Source of the DNA: Sulfurimonas sp. | GTDB lineage: Bacteria > Campylobacterota > Campylobacteria > Campylobacterales > Sulfurimonadaceae | Direction of reading: 5' to 3' | Assembly (NCBI RefSeq): GCF_029027405.1 | Contig: NZ_CP093396.1 | Coordinates: 1,931,497 to 1,995,496 of the forward strand | Length of the DNA: 64,000 bases | Shown here: piece after piece, positions 9,158-18,963 of the stretch | Numbering within the stretch: the first letter of the stretch is position 1 | Layout of the letters: every line of letters begins with the position of its first letter | Notes under the pieces: model-generated | Seen by the model: the letters and a program-made list of their open reading frames with translations, nothing else | Databases searched by the model: none | Told to the model about the DNA's origin: nothing | Made by a program: the position numbers and the translations under genes

Positions 9158-11056
9158 TTACCCTTGCTGAAGCTCATCTGCCATAACTGCCAACTCTTCA
9201 ACACCTTCACCAATATGAGAAATTGTTTCGATAATTAGTTCACTTGCCTTACGAGATTCCATAGCATTTCTTGCACTTAACTCTACTGCTTTTTGAATTT
9301 CATTAATTCCTATAACAACTTGATTCATTCCTTCAAGATTTTGATCATTAATAGCTTTGAGACCTGTATATCTGTCAAGTAAATCTACAAGCATATCTGT
9401 TATTTTTACTATATCATTTATTAGAGCATCTATAAGGGATTGTTCATTTCCTTGAGATGCTAAAAGGTTGTTCCAATCAGTTTTAACAATATCTATTTCA
9501 GAGTTCATAGACTCCACAATATCATTTATCTTATCCGTGTTTGATTCTGAATCTTTTGCTAAATTTCTAATATCAGCACTTACAACTGCAAAACCTTTAC
9601 CAAAATCACCAGCACGAGCGGCTTCAATAGAACCGCTAATTGCTAGCATATTTAACTGAACGATTGAGTTTGAAATATTACCAACCGTTTTATCAACATT
9701 TCTTGTTTCTTTTACAATTACACTAAGTTCACTTGCCGCACTATTCCCTTCTGTTATAGAGTCACTAAAAGCTCTTCTAATCTCACTTACAGTATTTTTT
9801 ACTGCATTAAAAGAAATTTTTAAAAGATCGAAATTTCTTCTTGCTATTTCAATAAGTTTATCTATATCTTTTGCAGCTTCTATACCTGCTTCGATTAGTT
9901 CTTTATTATTTAGTGCACTTTTATTTGTTGTATGTGAAGCAGATTCTATTTGATTTAATGCATTCGTAACATCTTCAAGTGCATTTTGAATATCTTCCAT
10001 TGAGCCACCAATAGTATCTGCTGAAAGTGCTATATCTTCTGCTGACTTCATCGTATCTGTTGAAAATTTCAACTCTTCGGCAAGATTAGATAGTTCTTTT
10101 ATATCATCTTCTGTTTGAGCAAGAGCGTCTGATTGTATGTCTATGCCATTTAGAGTTTTTTCAACTGAAAGTGCTATCTCACTAGACGCATTAGCTATAT
10201 CTTGAGAACCGTCATTTATCTTAGAAACAAAATCACTAAGTTTTTGAGTATATGTGTCAACACTTCTAGCTGCTTCAACTGAATATACTGCTATCTTTGT
10301 AAGCTCTTCCATTTTAATACTCAAAGCATTGCCTTTAACACCATTACTAGAAATAGTTTTTGTTGTCTCGCCGATGCTTAATATTATTTGGTCGATACTT
10401 CCTTGAATTTTTGTAACAAGTTCAGATATAAATTCGGCATTTTTTTCACTCTCTCCAGCTAAAGCTCTAGTTTCATCAGCAACTACTGCAAAACCTTTTC
10501 CATGTTCTTTTGCTCGGCTTGCTTCAATAGCAGCATTTAAAGCTAAAAGGTTTGTTTGGTCTGCAATTTTAGCAATAAATCCAACTGCATCACCAATATT
10601 TTGAGATGAAACTTTTAACTCTTCACTTTTTGTTGATGATTCTTGTGCAACTTGTACGGCAGTGTCCATTCGCCTAACAGAATCATTAATTTTCTCAACA
10701 GATGCCATAATATTTTCACCAGTTGAAAGAGTAGAAGAAATTACTGTATTTATTGTTGTGTTCATTCTACTAATGTTTGTATTGATACTTTTTACATTAG
10801 AAAGAGCTTGTTCACTTGCTCCACTATTTTCTTCAGCAGCCGTTGCAATCTGCTCCATGGAAGACTTAAGTTCTTCTATCGCACTTACACTCTCTTGTGC
10901 ATTTTCAAGTATTGTCATAGAAACACCAGCAATACTTTCAGAAATTTGTTGTTGTTTTGCTAAAGTTCTTTGTCTTCTTTTATCTGTTGTACCACTACTA
11001 TGAGCAACAACTGCCGCTGAAGATGAGTTAGAACTATTCTTTTTCATTAATGCCAT
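9158..11056 (-). CDS. soluble methyl-accepting chemotaxis protein with two signalling-domain hairpin tips
   Basis: No hydrophobic segment. There are two copies of the MCP tip motif: [34 protein letters not shown] and [36 protein letters not shown]. Confidence 0.9.
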   Translation of the reverse strand: MALMKKNSSNSSSAAVVAHSSGTTDKRRQRTLAKQQQISESIAGVSMTILENAQESVSAIEELKSSMEQIATAAEENSGASEQALSNVKSINTNISRMNTTINTVISSTLSTGENIMASVEKINDSVRRMDTAVQVAQESSTKSEELKVSSQNIGDAVGFIAKIADQTNLLALNAAIEASRAKEHGKGFAVVADETRALAGESEKNAEFISELVTKIQGSIDQIILSIGETTKTISSNGVKGNALSIKMEELTKIAVYSVEAARSVDTYTQKLSDFVSKINDGSQDIANASSEIALSVEKTLNGIDIQSDALAQTEDDIKELSNLAEELKFSTDTMKSAEDIALSADTIGGSMEDIQNALEDVTNALNQIESASHTTNKSALNNKELIEAGIEAAKDIDKLIEIARRNFDLLKISFNAVKNTVSEIRRAFSDSITEGNSAASELSVIVKETRNVDKTVGNISNSIVQLNMLAISGSIEAARAGDFGKGFAVVSADIRNLAKDSESNTDKINDIVESMNSEIDIVKTDWNNLLASQGNEQSLIDALINDIVKITDMLVDLLDRYTGLKAINDQNLEGMNQVVIGINEIQKAVELSARNAMESRKASELIIETISHIGEGVEELAVMADELQQG

Positions 11057-11073
11057 TTTAATTCCTTTAAATT

Positions 11074-11502
11074 CTAATCTAGAGTTGCGTAAAGCGCTTC
11101 AGCTTTTTTGATTTCTTCATTAGATGGTTTTACACGAATAGAAACATATTTAGTATTACCATTTTTATCAACTGAACGAAGAACAGTTGCAAATACCCAG
11201 TAGTGTCCACCACCTTTTCTAGCATTTTTTACATAGCCTGTCCAAAAACCTTTTGACTGAACATCATCCCAAAGAGACTTAAAGGCTGCACGAGGCATAT
11301 CTGGATGACGAACTACATTATGTGGTTGACCTATAATATCTTCTTTATCCATATTTGCTATTTTTAAAAAAGAATCACTAGCATATTTCACTATTCCCTT
11401 TTCATCAGTTTCACTTAAAAGATATAAATCATTGTATAGAACTTCACCGTTTTCTAAAAATGTTAAGCCATCTGTGCTTATTTCAGTGTTATTATCAGAC
11501 AC
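11074..11502 (-). CDS. Aer/CetB-like FAD-binding PAS domain protein
   Basis: 142 aa with [16 protein letters not shown] and [10 protein letters not shown], matching Aer-type PAS. Sits directly upstream of the soluble MCP, as in CetA/CetB-type energy-taxis pairs. Confidence 0.8.
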   Translation of the reverse strand: MSDNNTEISTDGLTFLENGEVLYNDLYLLSETDEKGIVKYASDSFLKIANMDKEDIIGQPHNVVRHPDMPRAAFKSLWDDVQSKGFWTGYVKNARKGGGHYWVFATVLRSVDKNGNTKYVSIRVKPSNEEIKKAEALYATLD

Positions 11503-11678
11503 AATAAACCTCCAATTAAATTATTATTGTGTAGCTTACTATTTAAAGACTAAAATTATATTTAAAGACATGGTATTTTCTTATATATATACAAATTTTT
11601 TAAGCACTTATAAAAGTCAATAGAATTATGAAGAAGTAGTTATATTAAATAAAATTCTTAGTGAAAGGGAAGATTAAC

Positions 11679-11696
11679 CTCTCTTAAGAAAGAGAG
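11679..11696 (-). terminator. possible intrinsic terminator downstream of rpsO
   Basis: 7-bp inverted repeat ctctctt / aagagag with a 4-nt loop just after the rpsO stop. The downstream U-tract on the minus strand is imperfect. Confidence 0.3.
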
Positions 11697-11718
11697 ACTA
11701 ATCGTTGGTTAAATTAGA

Positions 11719-11994
11719 TTATATATTATCTCTAATATCTAAATCTCCTACAAGTTTAAGATAAGAAACTTTATCTTTTCTTTTGAAGTATTTCATTAAA
11801 CGACGACGCTGACCTACTAGCTTAAGCAGTCCTAGTCTAGATGCATGATCTTTTTTAAATATTTTAAGGTGCTCTGTTAACTCAGAAATTCTTTCCGTTA
11901 AAAGTGCAATTTGAACTTCGCTTGAACCAGTGTCACTCTCTGAGCGACCATATTTTGTTACAATTTCTTGTTTTTTAGCCGAATCTAAAGCCAT
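11719..11994 (-). CDS. rpsO: 30S ribosomal protein S15
   Basis: The 91 aa translation fits the universal S15 pattern ([14 protein letters not shown]...HLK..KKDHHSRRGLL..V.QRR.LL.YLK). Confidence 0.95.
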   Translation of the reverse strand: MALDSAKKQEIVTKYGRSESDTGSSEVQIALLTERISELTEHLKIFKKDHASRLGLLKLVGQRRRLMKYFKRKDKVSYLKLVGDLDIRDNI

Positions 11995-12184
11995 AATAGC
12001 CTCCTGATGGGTATAATAATCTAACTAATGCACAATATGTATAAAAGTTGAAGTGAAATTGTACCTAAACTATTTTAAATTAGGTTTAGGTTCACTATAA
12101 TATTCAAACCATTATAACCCTAAAAAATATGTTTAATGCTATAATAAATACTAATTATAAATAATTTAATTTTATAGGAAAAAA

Positions 12185-14071
12185 ATGACAGCTATCGTTA
12201 CTTTATTACCAATTTTTGGTTTTGCAGCTTTGTTTAACGTATTTCTTAAGAAAAGTGTTTCAGTTTCAATATTCTTTTCAATTACATCAATTATTACAAT
12301 TTTATTTACTTTTGGAATGTTTGAATTCCTTCAAATTGGAGCATATTTATTGTTCTATGGTGGAATATTTTTGGCAATTCTAATGGGTACCATGTACAAG
12401 AATGAACTATTTAAATCTATTAAATCAGTTCCTTTTGTGATTTATACTTTAATGAGTATTATTTATTTGTACCTAATGAAAGATGCACAATTCTTCTTTT
12501 GGGATGAGTATTCTCATTGGGGAGCATTTATAAAAGAGATGTCTTATTTTCATCAATTTTATGATCTAAACAGTATTGCTTCAAACCGCATGTATCCTCC
12601 TGGAATCTCTGTCTGGGATTATTTTTTGGTTTTACCTACAGGTTTTTCAGAAGGGAAAATTTATTTTGCATATTTTTTAATTTTATTTAGTTCAGTACTA
12701 ATGATGTATGAAAGATTGAAATGGAAACAGTCTTATTGGATAGCATTAATATTCGTAATGCAAATGATTGTATTTGCGACATATGGACATTGGTTTAGTA
12801 GTATATATGTAGATCATGTTGTAGGTGCTTTAGTAGCCGGAATTATTTTATCATATTTTGTTGATGAGTTTAATGGTAGAGAACTATTCTTGTTGGCTAT
12901 TCCATTAGTTACTTTAGTTTTATTAAAAGAAGTTGGTCTATATTTTGGAGTTGTATTTTTAGGAATGGTTTTTTTATTAAAGATTTATGAGAGCAATGGT
13001 AGTCTGCTTTTAAGATTAAAAGAACAAATAAAAACAGTATTTATATTAATGTCATTATTATTATTAATGTTAAGTGTATTGAAAATTTGGGAAGTAAGGC
13101 AAGAGTCGACAGGACTAAAAACCCCATCACATTCTATGTCAACATTGGTTAGAAATATAATATCTGGTAAAAAACTTTATAATGATAAAAAAGCTCAAGA
13201 AAAATATAATGAAGTTTTTACAAATGTGATTTTAAATCAACAATTGCATACAGAAAAAGTTTCATTAAACTATAATGAGTTCACATATGGAACAATGAGT
13301 AAATTTACTAAAGAGTTAAAACTAAGTACGGTTGGGACTTACATATTTATTCTTTGCTCTATTTTTCTTTTAGTACTAATGACTAGAGATAGAAAAGAAA
13401 AATATAAAGTACTAATTATTACCATGTATTTATTTTTTACTAGTCTATTATATTTATTAATTTTATATTTAAGTATGCCATTGTCGTTTGGAAACCGTGC
13501 ATTAAATATGGTTTCATTTATTAGGTATATAAACATATCTATTATGCCTATTTTGTTCGTAGTATTTGCATTCTATCTACCATTGTTCAAATATGAAATA
13601 AAAACTAAGAATAATGATATACTTAAAAAATTTATAGCATTATTGTCAATTGTACTTGTTTTTTCTTTTATAACTAGACCATATTTCAAACCTCTTTATT
13701 CTCAACTTGAAAATAGCTTTAGAAAGCAAATAGATGGTGTAGCCCCTAGACTTTTAGAACATATACCATATAAAGCTAAGTTGCTAGTAGTCTTTCCTGT
13801 AAGAAATAATGGTAGTTTAAATATTATTATTAAGTATGCATTGATACCATCAAAATCTACAGTTACTGCATTTGATTTTTTTGAAAAAAAATCTATACAA
13901 GAAGTACTGGCAGAATATGAAAAATATGATTATATTTGGTTTGCTTCATTAAATCAAATAGTCATAAATAAAAGCCAAAAAATTTTAAGACAAAAGAATG
14001 AGAAAAATATATTTACTTTGTATAAAGCTGAAATACTTAATAAAAAAATTGTTTTTAAGCCAGTAATGTAA
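12185..14071 (+). CDS. polytopic membrane glycosyltransferase, GT-C fold (ArnT/PMT/GtrC-like)
   Basis: 628 aa with about 12 predicted TM helices, an early loop motif FFWDEYSHWG (DE-type motif of ArnT/PMT GT-C enzymes) and a C-terminal soluble domain. Neighbours are GtrA- and GtrB-like genes. Confidence 0.6.
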   Translation: MTAIVTLLPIFGFAALFNVFLKKSVSVSIFFSITSIITILFTFGMFEFLQIGAYLLFYGGIFLAILMGTMYKNELFKSIKSVPFVIYTLMSIIYLYLMKDAQFFFWDEYSHWGAFIKEMSYFHQFYDLNSIASNRMYPPGISVWDYFLVLPTGFSEGKIYFAYFLILFSSVLMMYERLKWKQSYWIALIFVMQMIVFATYGHWFSSIYVDHVVGALVAGIILSYFVDEFNGRELFLLAIPLVTLVLLKEVGLYFGVVFLGMVFLLKIYESNGSLLLRLKEQIKTVFILMSLLLLMLSVLKIWEVRQESTGLKTPSHSMSTLVRNIISGKKLYNDKKAQEKYNEVFTNVILNQQLHTEKVSLNYNEFTYGTMSKFTKELKLSTVGTYIFILCSIFLLVLMTRDRKEKYKVLIITMYLFFTSLLYLLILYLSMPLSFGNRALNMVSFIRYINISIMPILFVVFAFYLPLFKYEIKTKNNDILKKFIALLSIVLVFSFITRPYFKPLYSQLENSFRKQIDGVAPRLLEHIPYKAKLLVVFPVRNNGSLNIIIKYALIPSKSTVTAFDFFEKKSIQEVLAEYEKYDYIWFASLNQIVINKSQKILRQKNEKNIFTLYKAEILNKKIVFKPVM

Positions 14072-14443
14072 ATGAAAAGAATAGTGTCAAGTTTCATTTT
14101 AGTTGGTATTATGAATACAATATTTTATTATAGTATATATGTGTTATTTTTATATATAGGGTTGGAGTATTCTATATCAGTTTTATTAGCAACGATTTTG
14201 GGAGTATTGTTTAATTTTAAAACATTTGGAAAATATGTATTTAAAGATGACGATAATAAATTAATCTTTAGATTTATTTCAGTTTATATAGTATTATATA
14301 TTGTAAATATTACTATAATAAATATTTTTAATTATTATATCCAAAATTATTATATCTCTGGATTTTTAGCTATATTCCCAACTGTCACGCTTTCCTTTAT
14401 ATTGAATAAAAAAATTGTATTTACTAGGAGTTTAAATGATTAG
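14072..14443 (+). CDS. GtrA-family small membrane protein (polyprenyl-phosphate sugar flippase-like)
   Basis: 123 aa, four hydrophobic helices, typical GtrA layout (N...Y...Y...G...A...FN.K). Confidence 0.7.
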   Translation: MKRIVSSFILVGIMNTIFYYSIYVLFLYIGLEYSISVLLATILGVLFNFKTFGKYVFKDDDNKLIFRFISVYIVLYIVNITIINIFNYYIQNYYISGFLAIFPTVTLSFILNKKIVFTRSLND

Positions 14444-15239
14444 TTCATTAATTAGAAATTTTGTTTTAGATGATAGAATTAAAAATATAGATAGAGATAG
14501 TTCAGACTTATTGAGAATACATTTAGAAATAATTAAGAGTAAAAAAATGATTAATAATATTTTTGAAGAATTTTATAATTTATGTGCTATTTATAAAAAT
14601 AAATATTTTATAAATAGCAATAAAAAGGTAATTGAACTTGGTTCTGGTGTTAGTTTTGTAAAAGATAAATACCCAGATGTAATAACGAGTGATATTAAAA
14701 ATTATAAAGGAGTTGATTTAGTAGTTAATGCTCAAAAGATGCAGTTTAAAGATGGAGAAATAAATTGTTTTTATTGCATTAATTGTTTTCATCACTTCCC
14801 TGAACCTAGAAAGTTTTTTTCTGAACTTGAGCGTACTTTAGAAAAGGGTGGTGGCGTAATTTTGATAGAACCTTATTATGGCTGGTTTTCAAATATTTTA
14901 TATAAAAAAATCCATGAAGAAGAGTTTTATGATAAAGGTCAAGTAGTTTGGGAAACTGGTCAAAAGAACAATCAATTTATGACTGGAGCAAATCAAGCAT
15001 TATCTTATATAGTTTTTGTTCGAGATATAAAAACTTTTGAAAATGAGTATCCAAATTTGGAAATATTAGAAACAAAAGTCATAAATAATTATATAAGATA
15101 TTTGGTTTCTGGCGGAGTTAATTTTAAACAATTATTACCTAATTTTATGGAATTTCCATTAAAAATTATGGAATTCATTTTTATTCCAATAAAAAATATT
15201 TTTGGTTTGCACCATATGATAGTAATAAGAAAAAAATGA
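14436..15239 (+). CDS. class I SAM-dependent methyltransferase
   Basis: Motif I VIELGSGVS followed by acidic and aromatic post-motifs; start overlaps the upstream stop. Confidence 0.6.
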   Translation: MISSLIRNFVLDDRIKNIDRDSSDLLRIHLEIIKSKKMINNIFEEFYNLCAIYKNKYFINSNKKVIELGSGVSFVKDKYPDVITSDIKNYKGVDLVVNAQKMQFKDGEINCFYCINCFHHFPEPRKFFSELERTLEKGGGVILIEPYYGWFSNILYKKIHEEEFYDKGQVVWETGQKNNQFMTGANQALSYIVFVRDIKTFENEYPNLEILETKVINNYIRYLVSGGVNFKQLLPNFMEFPLKIMEFIFIPIKNIFGLHHMIVIRKK

Positions 15240-16633
15240 TTAGTGCAGAAACTGACTTAGTTGTTATTGGGGGAGGTGCTTCTGCATATGGTTTTTTAAA
15301 GGGATTGGGAGGTAATAATCATTTTAAGAATACAAAAGTCATTTTAATTTATCCTTCAGAGTATAATGCAAGAACTGAATTAATAAATATTGCTGATATA
15401 TCACCAAAATTTCTACAAAAGAAAAATTTATTGTCATTATCATATTATTTACATTCTTTTGGAAATTATATAGAAAAAGGATTTACTCATATTGGTGTGC
15501 ATGGAATAGGCGGTATGGCAAGAATATGGGGTGGTTCTATTGGTGTATTTGATAAAAAATCATTAATAAAAAATAATTTTAATCCTTCGGAATTTCAATC
15601 AATATACGATGAGATAGATTCTTTTTTGCCTTCGGGCTGCAATAGCATCAAGGTTTCTAAAAAGATAAAAAAATTATTTGGTAATTATGTAAACAGTAGA
15701 TTAAAGATAAGTTTTCCTAAGTTATTAATAAAAGATAATTGTAATAACTGTAATCAATGTCTAGCAGGATGTGACCTCAATAGTATTTGGTATCCTACAA
15801 AAGATGATTTTGAGAATATAGAAAATTTAGATATTAATATCATGGAAAATTGTTTCGTTACAAATATATCTGACAATAAACTTACATACAAAAATAAATA
15901 TAATGAAAATAAATATTTAAATAGTAATACAATAGTATTAGCAGCAGGCACAATGCAAAATTATAAATTAATGATTAATTTGAAAGAGTGTAAAAGCACA
16001 AAAGCCAAATTATACACTACTCCAGCTTTAGCATTTGCATTTTTAAATTTTACTAGGAATAGTGAAAAAAAGTTTTTTGGGATGGGTAATGCCACATTTT
16101 TGATAGAAAAAAATAAAAATATACAATTTTATGGAAATCTCTATGACGGCTATTCTTTGTCAATCTCCAAGGGAAAAGTATTTTCAAAGTATAGAGTAAT
16201 AGACTCTATCTATAAGGTCTTATCTAGATTCATGGTCGTTGGCGCTGGTTTTTTGTCTTCGGATAATGCTGACTGCAATATTGAATATATAAATAATACT
16301 ATTGTAATTGATGGTAAATATACAGATGAGTATTATAAAAATATTGCTATGATTTTAAATATTTTAAAAAAATTTTTGAAAGAAAAAAAGTCTATATTCG
16401 TTCATATTAAAAAAACGAATATAGGTGCTGATCTACACTATGCAGGTGGTGTTCCAAATGAATTATATGATATAAATAAAATTATTGATGGGCAACTTAA
16501 AGGTATTGAAAATGTAACTGTAGTGGGTGGATCAACTTTTTCTTATTTACCTCCAGAAAGTCCAACATTATCATACATAGCAAATTCTTATAGAATAGGA
16601 AAAAACATGACTAGAAGTTCAAATAATGAATAA
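15236..16633 (+). CDS. FAD/NAD(P)-binding oxidoreductase (GMC-like?)
   Basis: N-terminal Rossmann dinucleotide motif DLVVIGGGASAYG. The rest is not recognisable by eye. Confidence 0.45.
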   Translation: MISAETDLVVIGGGASAYGFLKGLGGNNHFKNTKVILIYPSEYNARTELINIADISPKFLQKKNLLSLSYYLHSFGNYIEKGFTHIGVHGIGGMARIWGGSIGVFDKKSLIKNNFNPSEFQSIYDEIDSFLPSGCNSIKVSKKIKKLFGNYVNSRLKISFPKLLIKDNCNNCNQCLAGCDLNSIWYPTKDDFENIENLDINIMENCFVTNISDNKLTYKNKYNENKYLNSNTIVLAAGTMQNYKLMINLKECKSTKAKLYTTPALAFAFLNFTRNSEKKFFGMGNATFLIEKNKNIQFYGNLYDGYSLSISKGKVFSKYRVIDSIYKVLSRFMVVGAGFLSSDNADCNIEYINNTIVIDGKYTDEYYKNIAMILNILKKFLKEKKSIFVHIKKTNIGADLHYAGGVPNELYDINKIIDGQLKGIENVTVVGGSTFSYLPPESPTLSYIANSYRIGKNMTRSSNNE

Positions 16634-17441
16634 AAAAATATTAATAATTGGAATTAATGGATTTTTAGGAAGAGAACTTAAATGTTATTTATCTGATTTA
16701 AACTTTAATGTTTATGGAACTTCGCATAATCAAACCGACGATTCTAAAGTTATTAGATTAAGAATTGGTGACAGCTTCAATAATGAACTTCTATCTAATA
16801 AATTTGATGTAGTAGTATATTTAGCACATTCTTATAATAAAAGTAATAATGATAAATTTATAAACTGGTACAAAAATATTTTTTCAATCTTTCAACAAAG
16901 AGTAGATAAACAAATATATATATCATCATATTCTGCAAATGAGTTTGCAACATCAAATTATGGTAGAATAAAGTACACAATAGAAAAGTTTTTTTTGCAA
17001 AATGGAGGTTATTCTATTAGTCCAGGATTAATAATAGGGGATGGTGGTATTTATAAAAAAATAGAAAAGCTAGTTAACATATTACCAGTTATATTTATTC
17101 CTAAATATAATAATAGTTGCTTTTTACCTATAGTTCCCGTTAAAACTGTATGCAATGTTATTTCAAAAATAATTAATTATGACTACAAAATAAAAAATTA
17201 TGATATATACACAGAAAAAATTTCACTTAAAAAATTAGCAAAAGATATAGCAAGTAAGAATAAAAAATTAAGATTTATTTATTTTATTAATGCAAGATTT
17301 GTTTTATATATAATGTTGATTTTTGAGAAACTTGGTCTAAAATTACCTGTAACAAGTGATAGTTTAGAAGGATTTATTGCTAATCAAGCTTATCATTCTA
17401 ATAATGAATTAAATATTTTTTTGGAAAATCAAGGAGTATAG
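16626..17441 (+). CDS. NAD-dependent epimerase/dehydratase (extended SDR) family protein
   Basis: N-terminal KILIIGINGFLGREL Rossmann motif; size and context fit sugar-nucleotide modifying enzymes. Confidence 0.55.
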   Translation: MNKKILIIGINGFLGRELKCYLSDLNFNVYGTSHNQTDDSKVIRLRIGDSFNNELLSNKFDVVVYLAHSYNKSNNDKFINWYKNIFSIFQQRVDKQIYISSYSANEFATSNYGRIKYTIEKFFLQNGGYSISPGLIIGDGGIYKKIEKLVNILPVIFIPKYNNSCFLPIVPVKTVCNVISKIINYDYKIKNYDIYTEKISLKKLAKDIASKNKKLRFIYFINARFVLYIMLIFEKLGLKLPVTSDSLEGFIANQAYHSNNELNIFLENQGV

Positions 17442-17444
17442 TAG

Positions 17445-18383
17445 ATGAAGAATAGTGAAAAAATTGCAGTATTAATACCATGCTACAACGAAGAACTAAC
17501 TATTGAAAAAGTAATCACTGATTTTCAAATAGAGTTACCAAAAGCAAAAATCTATGTTTATGATAATAACTCTAGCGATAATACATTTCAAATAGCAAAA
17601 GAAAATGGTGCAATAGTAAAAAAAGAATATAGACAGGGTAAAGGAAATGTAGTCAGAGCCATGTTTAGAGATATAAATGCAGATATTTATATTATGATAG
17701 ACGGTGATGATACCTATCCTGCAAGTTTTGTTCACAGTTTAATAGAACCTATATTAAGTGGAGAAGCAGATATGGTTATAGGAGATAGACATAGCAATGG
17801 AGCGTATAAATATGAGAACAAAAGGCAATTACATAATTTTGGAAATAATTTAGTCAGAAATCTTATCAATTGGATATATAAATCTAATTTAAAAGATATA
17901 ATGACAGGATATAGAGTTTTTAATAAAAAATTTGTTAAAAATATGCCAATTAATAGTAGCGGTTTTGAAATAGAAACTGAGATGACTTTACATACATTAG
18001 ATAAAAGATTTTTAATAAAAGAAATTCCAATAGAGTATAGAGATAGACCAAAGGGAAGCTTTTCAAAATTAAATACATATAGTGATGGAGTAAAGGTACT
18101 GAAAACTATATTATGGGTATTTAAGGATTATAAACCTTTGGCTTTTTTTAGTATTTTATCTTTAGTATTTTTTGTTTTAGGATTAATTATAGGTATTCCT
18201 GTTATTGTGGAATTTTTTGTAACATCATTTATATCAAAAATTCCTTCTGCTATTCTATCTTCTGGATTAATAATAGTTTCAGTATTGGCACTATTTAGTG
18301 GTTTTATATTAGATACTATCGTAAAGCAACATAGAGAGGATTATGAACTTAAAATTATTCGATGGATAGAAGCAGAGTTGTAA
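17445..18383 (+). CDS. GT2 polyprenyl-phosphate glycosyltransferase (GtrB/ArnC/DPM1-like)
   Basis: IAVLIPCYNEE, YVYDNNSSDNT and the DGDDTY (DXD) motif, plus two C-terminal TM helices as in GtrB. Confidence 0.85.
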   Translation: MKNSEKIAVLIPCYNEELTIEKVITDFQIELPKAKIYVYDNNSSDNTFQIAKENGAIVKKEYRQGKGNVVRAMFRDINADIYIMIDGDDTYPASFVHSLIEPILSGEADMVIGDRHSNGAYKYENKRQLHNFGNNLVRNLINWIYKSNLKDIMTGYRVFNKKFVKNMPINSSGFEIETEMTLHTLDKRFLIKEIPIEYRDRPKGSFSKLNTYSDGVKVLKTILWVFKDYKPLAFFSILSLVFFVLGLIIGIPVIVEFFVTSFISKIPSAILSSGLIIVSVLALFSGFILDTIVKQHREDYELKIIRWIEAEL

Positions 18384-18528
18384 AATGACTGCATTATACC
18401 ATTCATGAAATTAAGCAATATTAATTCCTTGTTGCGTAAGGTCAGTTCCTAATATTTTATTTATAAAGCAAAAGAAAGTGCTAGAAATAAAGTAATTATA
18501 AACTCATAATTTAATATTAAATTTTTTT

Positions 18529-18537
18529 TGATATAAT
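18529..18537 (+). promoter_or_regulatory. extended -10 promoter element (TGaTATAAT) upstream of rrf2-flhA
   Basis: Sequence tttgatataatc lies 23 nt upstream of the Rrf2 start codon. Campylobacterota sigma70 promoters rely on TGnTATAAT. Confidence 0.35.
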
Positions 18538-18559
18538 CTTTATAAAAAAGTACCTAATT

Positions 18560-18961
18560 ATGTTAATAACACGCGCTAGCGAATACGCTATACTATCTCT
18601 AATCGTCTTATCTAAAAATTCATCTCCTATGGATAGTGAAACATTATCAAATCAACTATCAATTTCAAAAAGTTTTTTAGCAAAAATCTTACAAGCACTT
18701 GCCAAAAAAGGCATCTTAAAGTCCTTTAAAGGTGTAAATGGTGGATTTGCACTTTTCAAAGAACCTAAAGATATAAGCATGCTAGATATTATGAGTGCTG
18801 TTGAAGGCAAAGCACCAGCAGTTTTTGACTGTTCACCTTCGTTACAAGATTGCCCTAGTGAAAAAGCTAATATCTGCTCAATTTGGCCTTTTTTAAATAA
18901 ACTTCAAGGCAAAATTGACACCTTTTTAAATGAACTTACTCTTCAAGATGTAATAGAATAA
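18560..18961 (+). CDS. Rrf2-family transcriptional regulator (IscR/NsrR-like, three Cys)
   Basis: N-terminal wHTH (RASEYAILSLIVL...LSISKSFLAKILQAL) and a C-terminal Cys triad (CSPSLQDCPSEKANIC). Position immediately upstream of flhA matches the Rrf2 gene of C. jejuni. Confidence 0.85.
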   Translation: MLITRASEYAILSLIVLSKNSSPMDSETLSNQLSISKSFLAKILQALAKKGILKSFKGVNGGFALFKEPKDISMLDIMSAVEGKAPAVFDCSPSLQDCPSEKANICSIWPFLNKLQGKIDTFLNELTLQDVIE

Positions 18962-18963
18962 GA

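Noticed and set aside
9468-11623. Track ORFs 9468-9659, 10662-11003 and 11432-11623 on the plus strand.
   Set aside because: They lie antisense within the MCP and PAS genes and have no RBS. Spurious.
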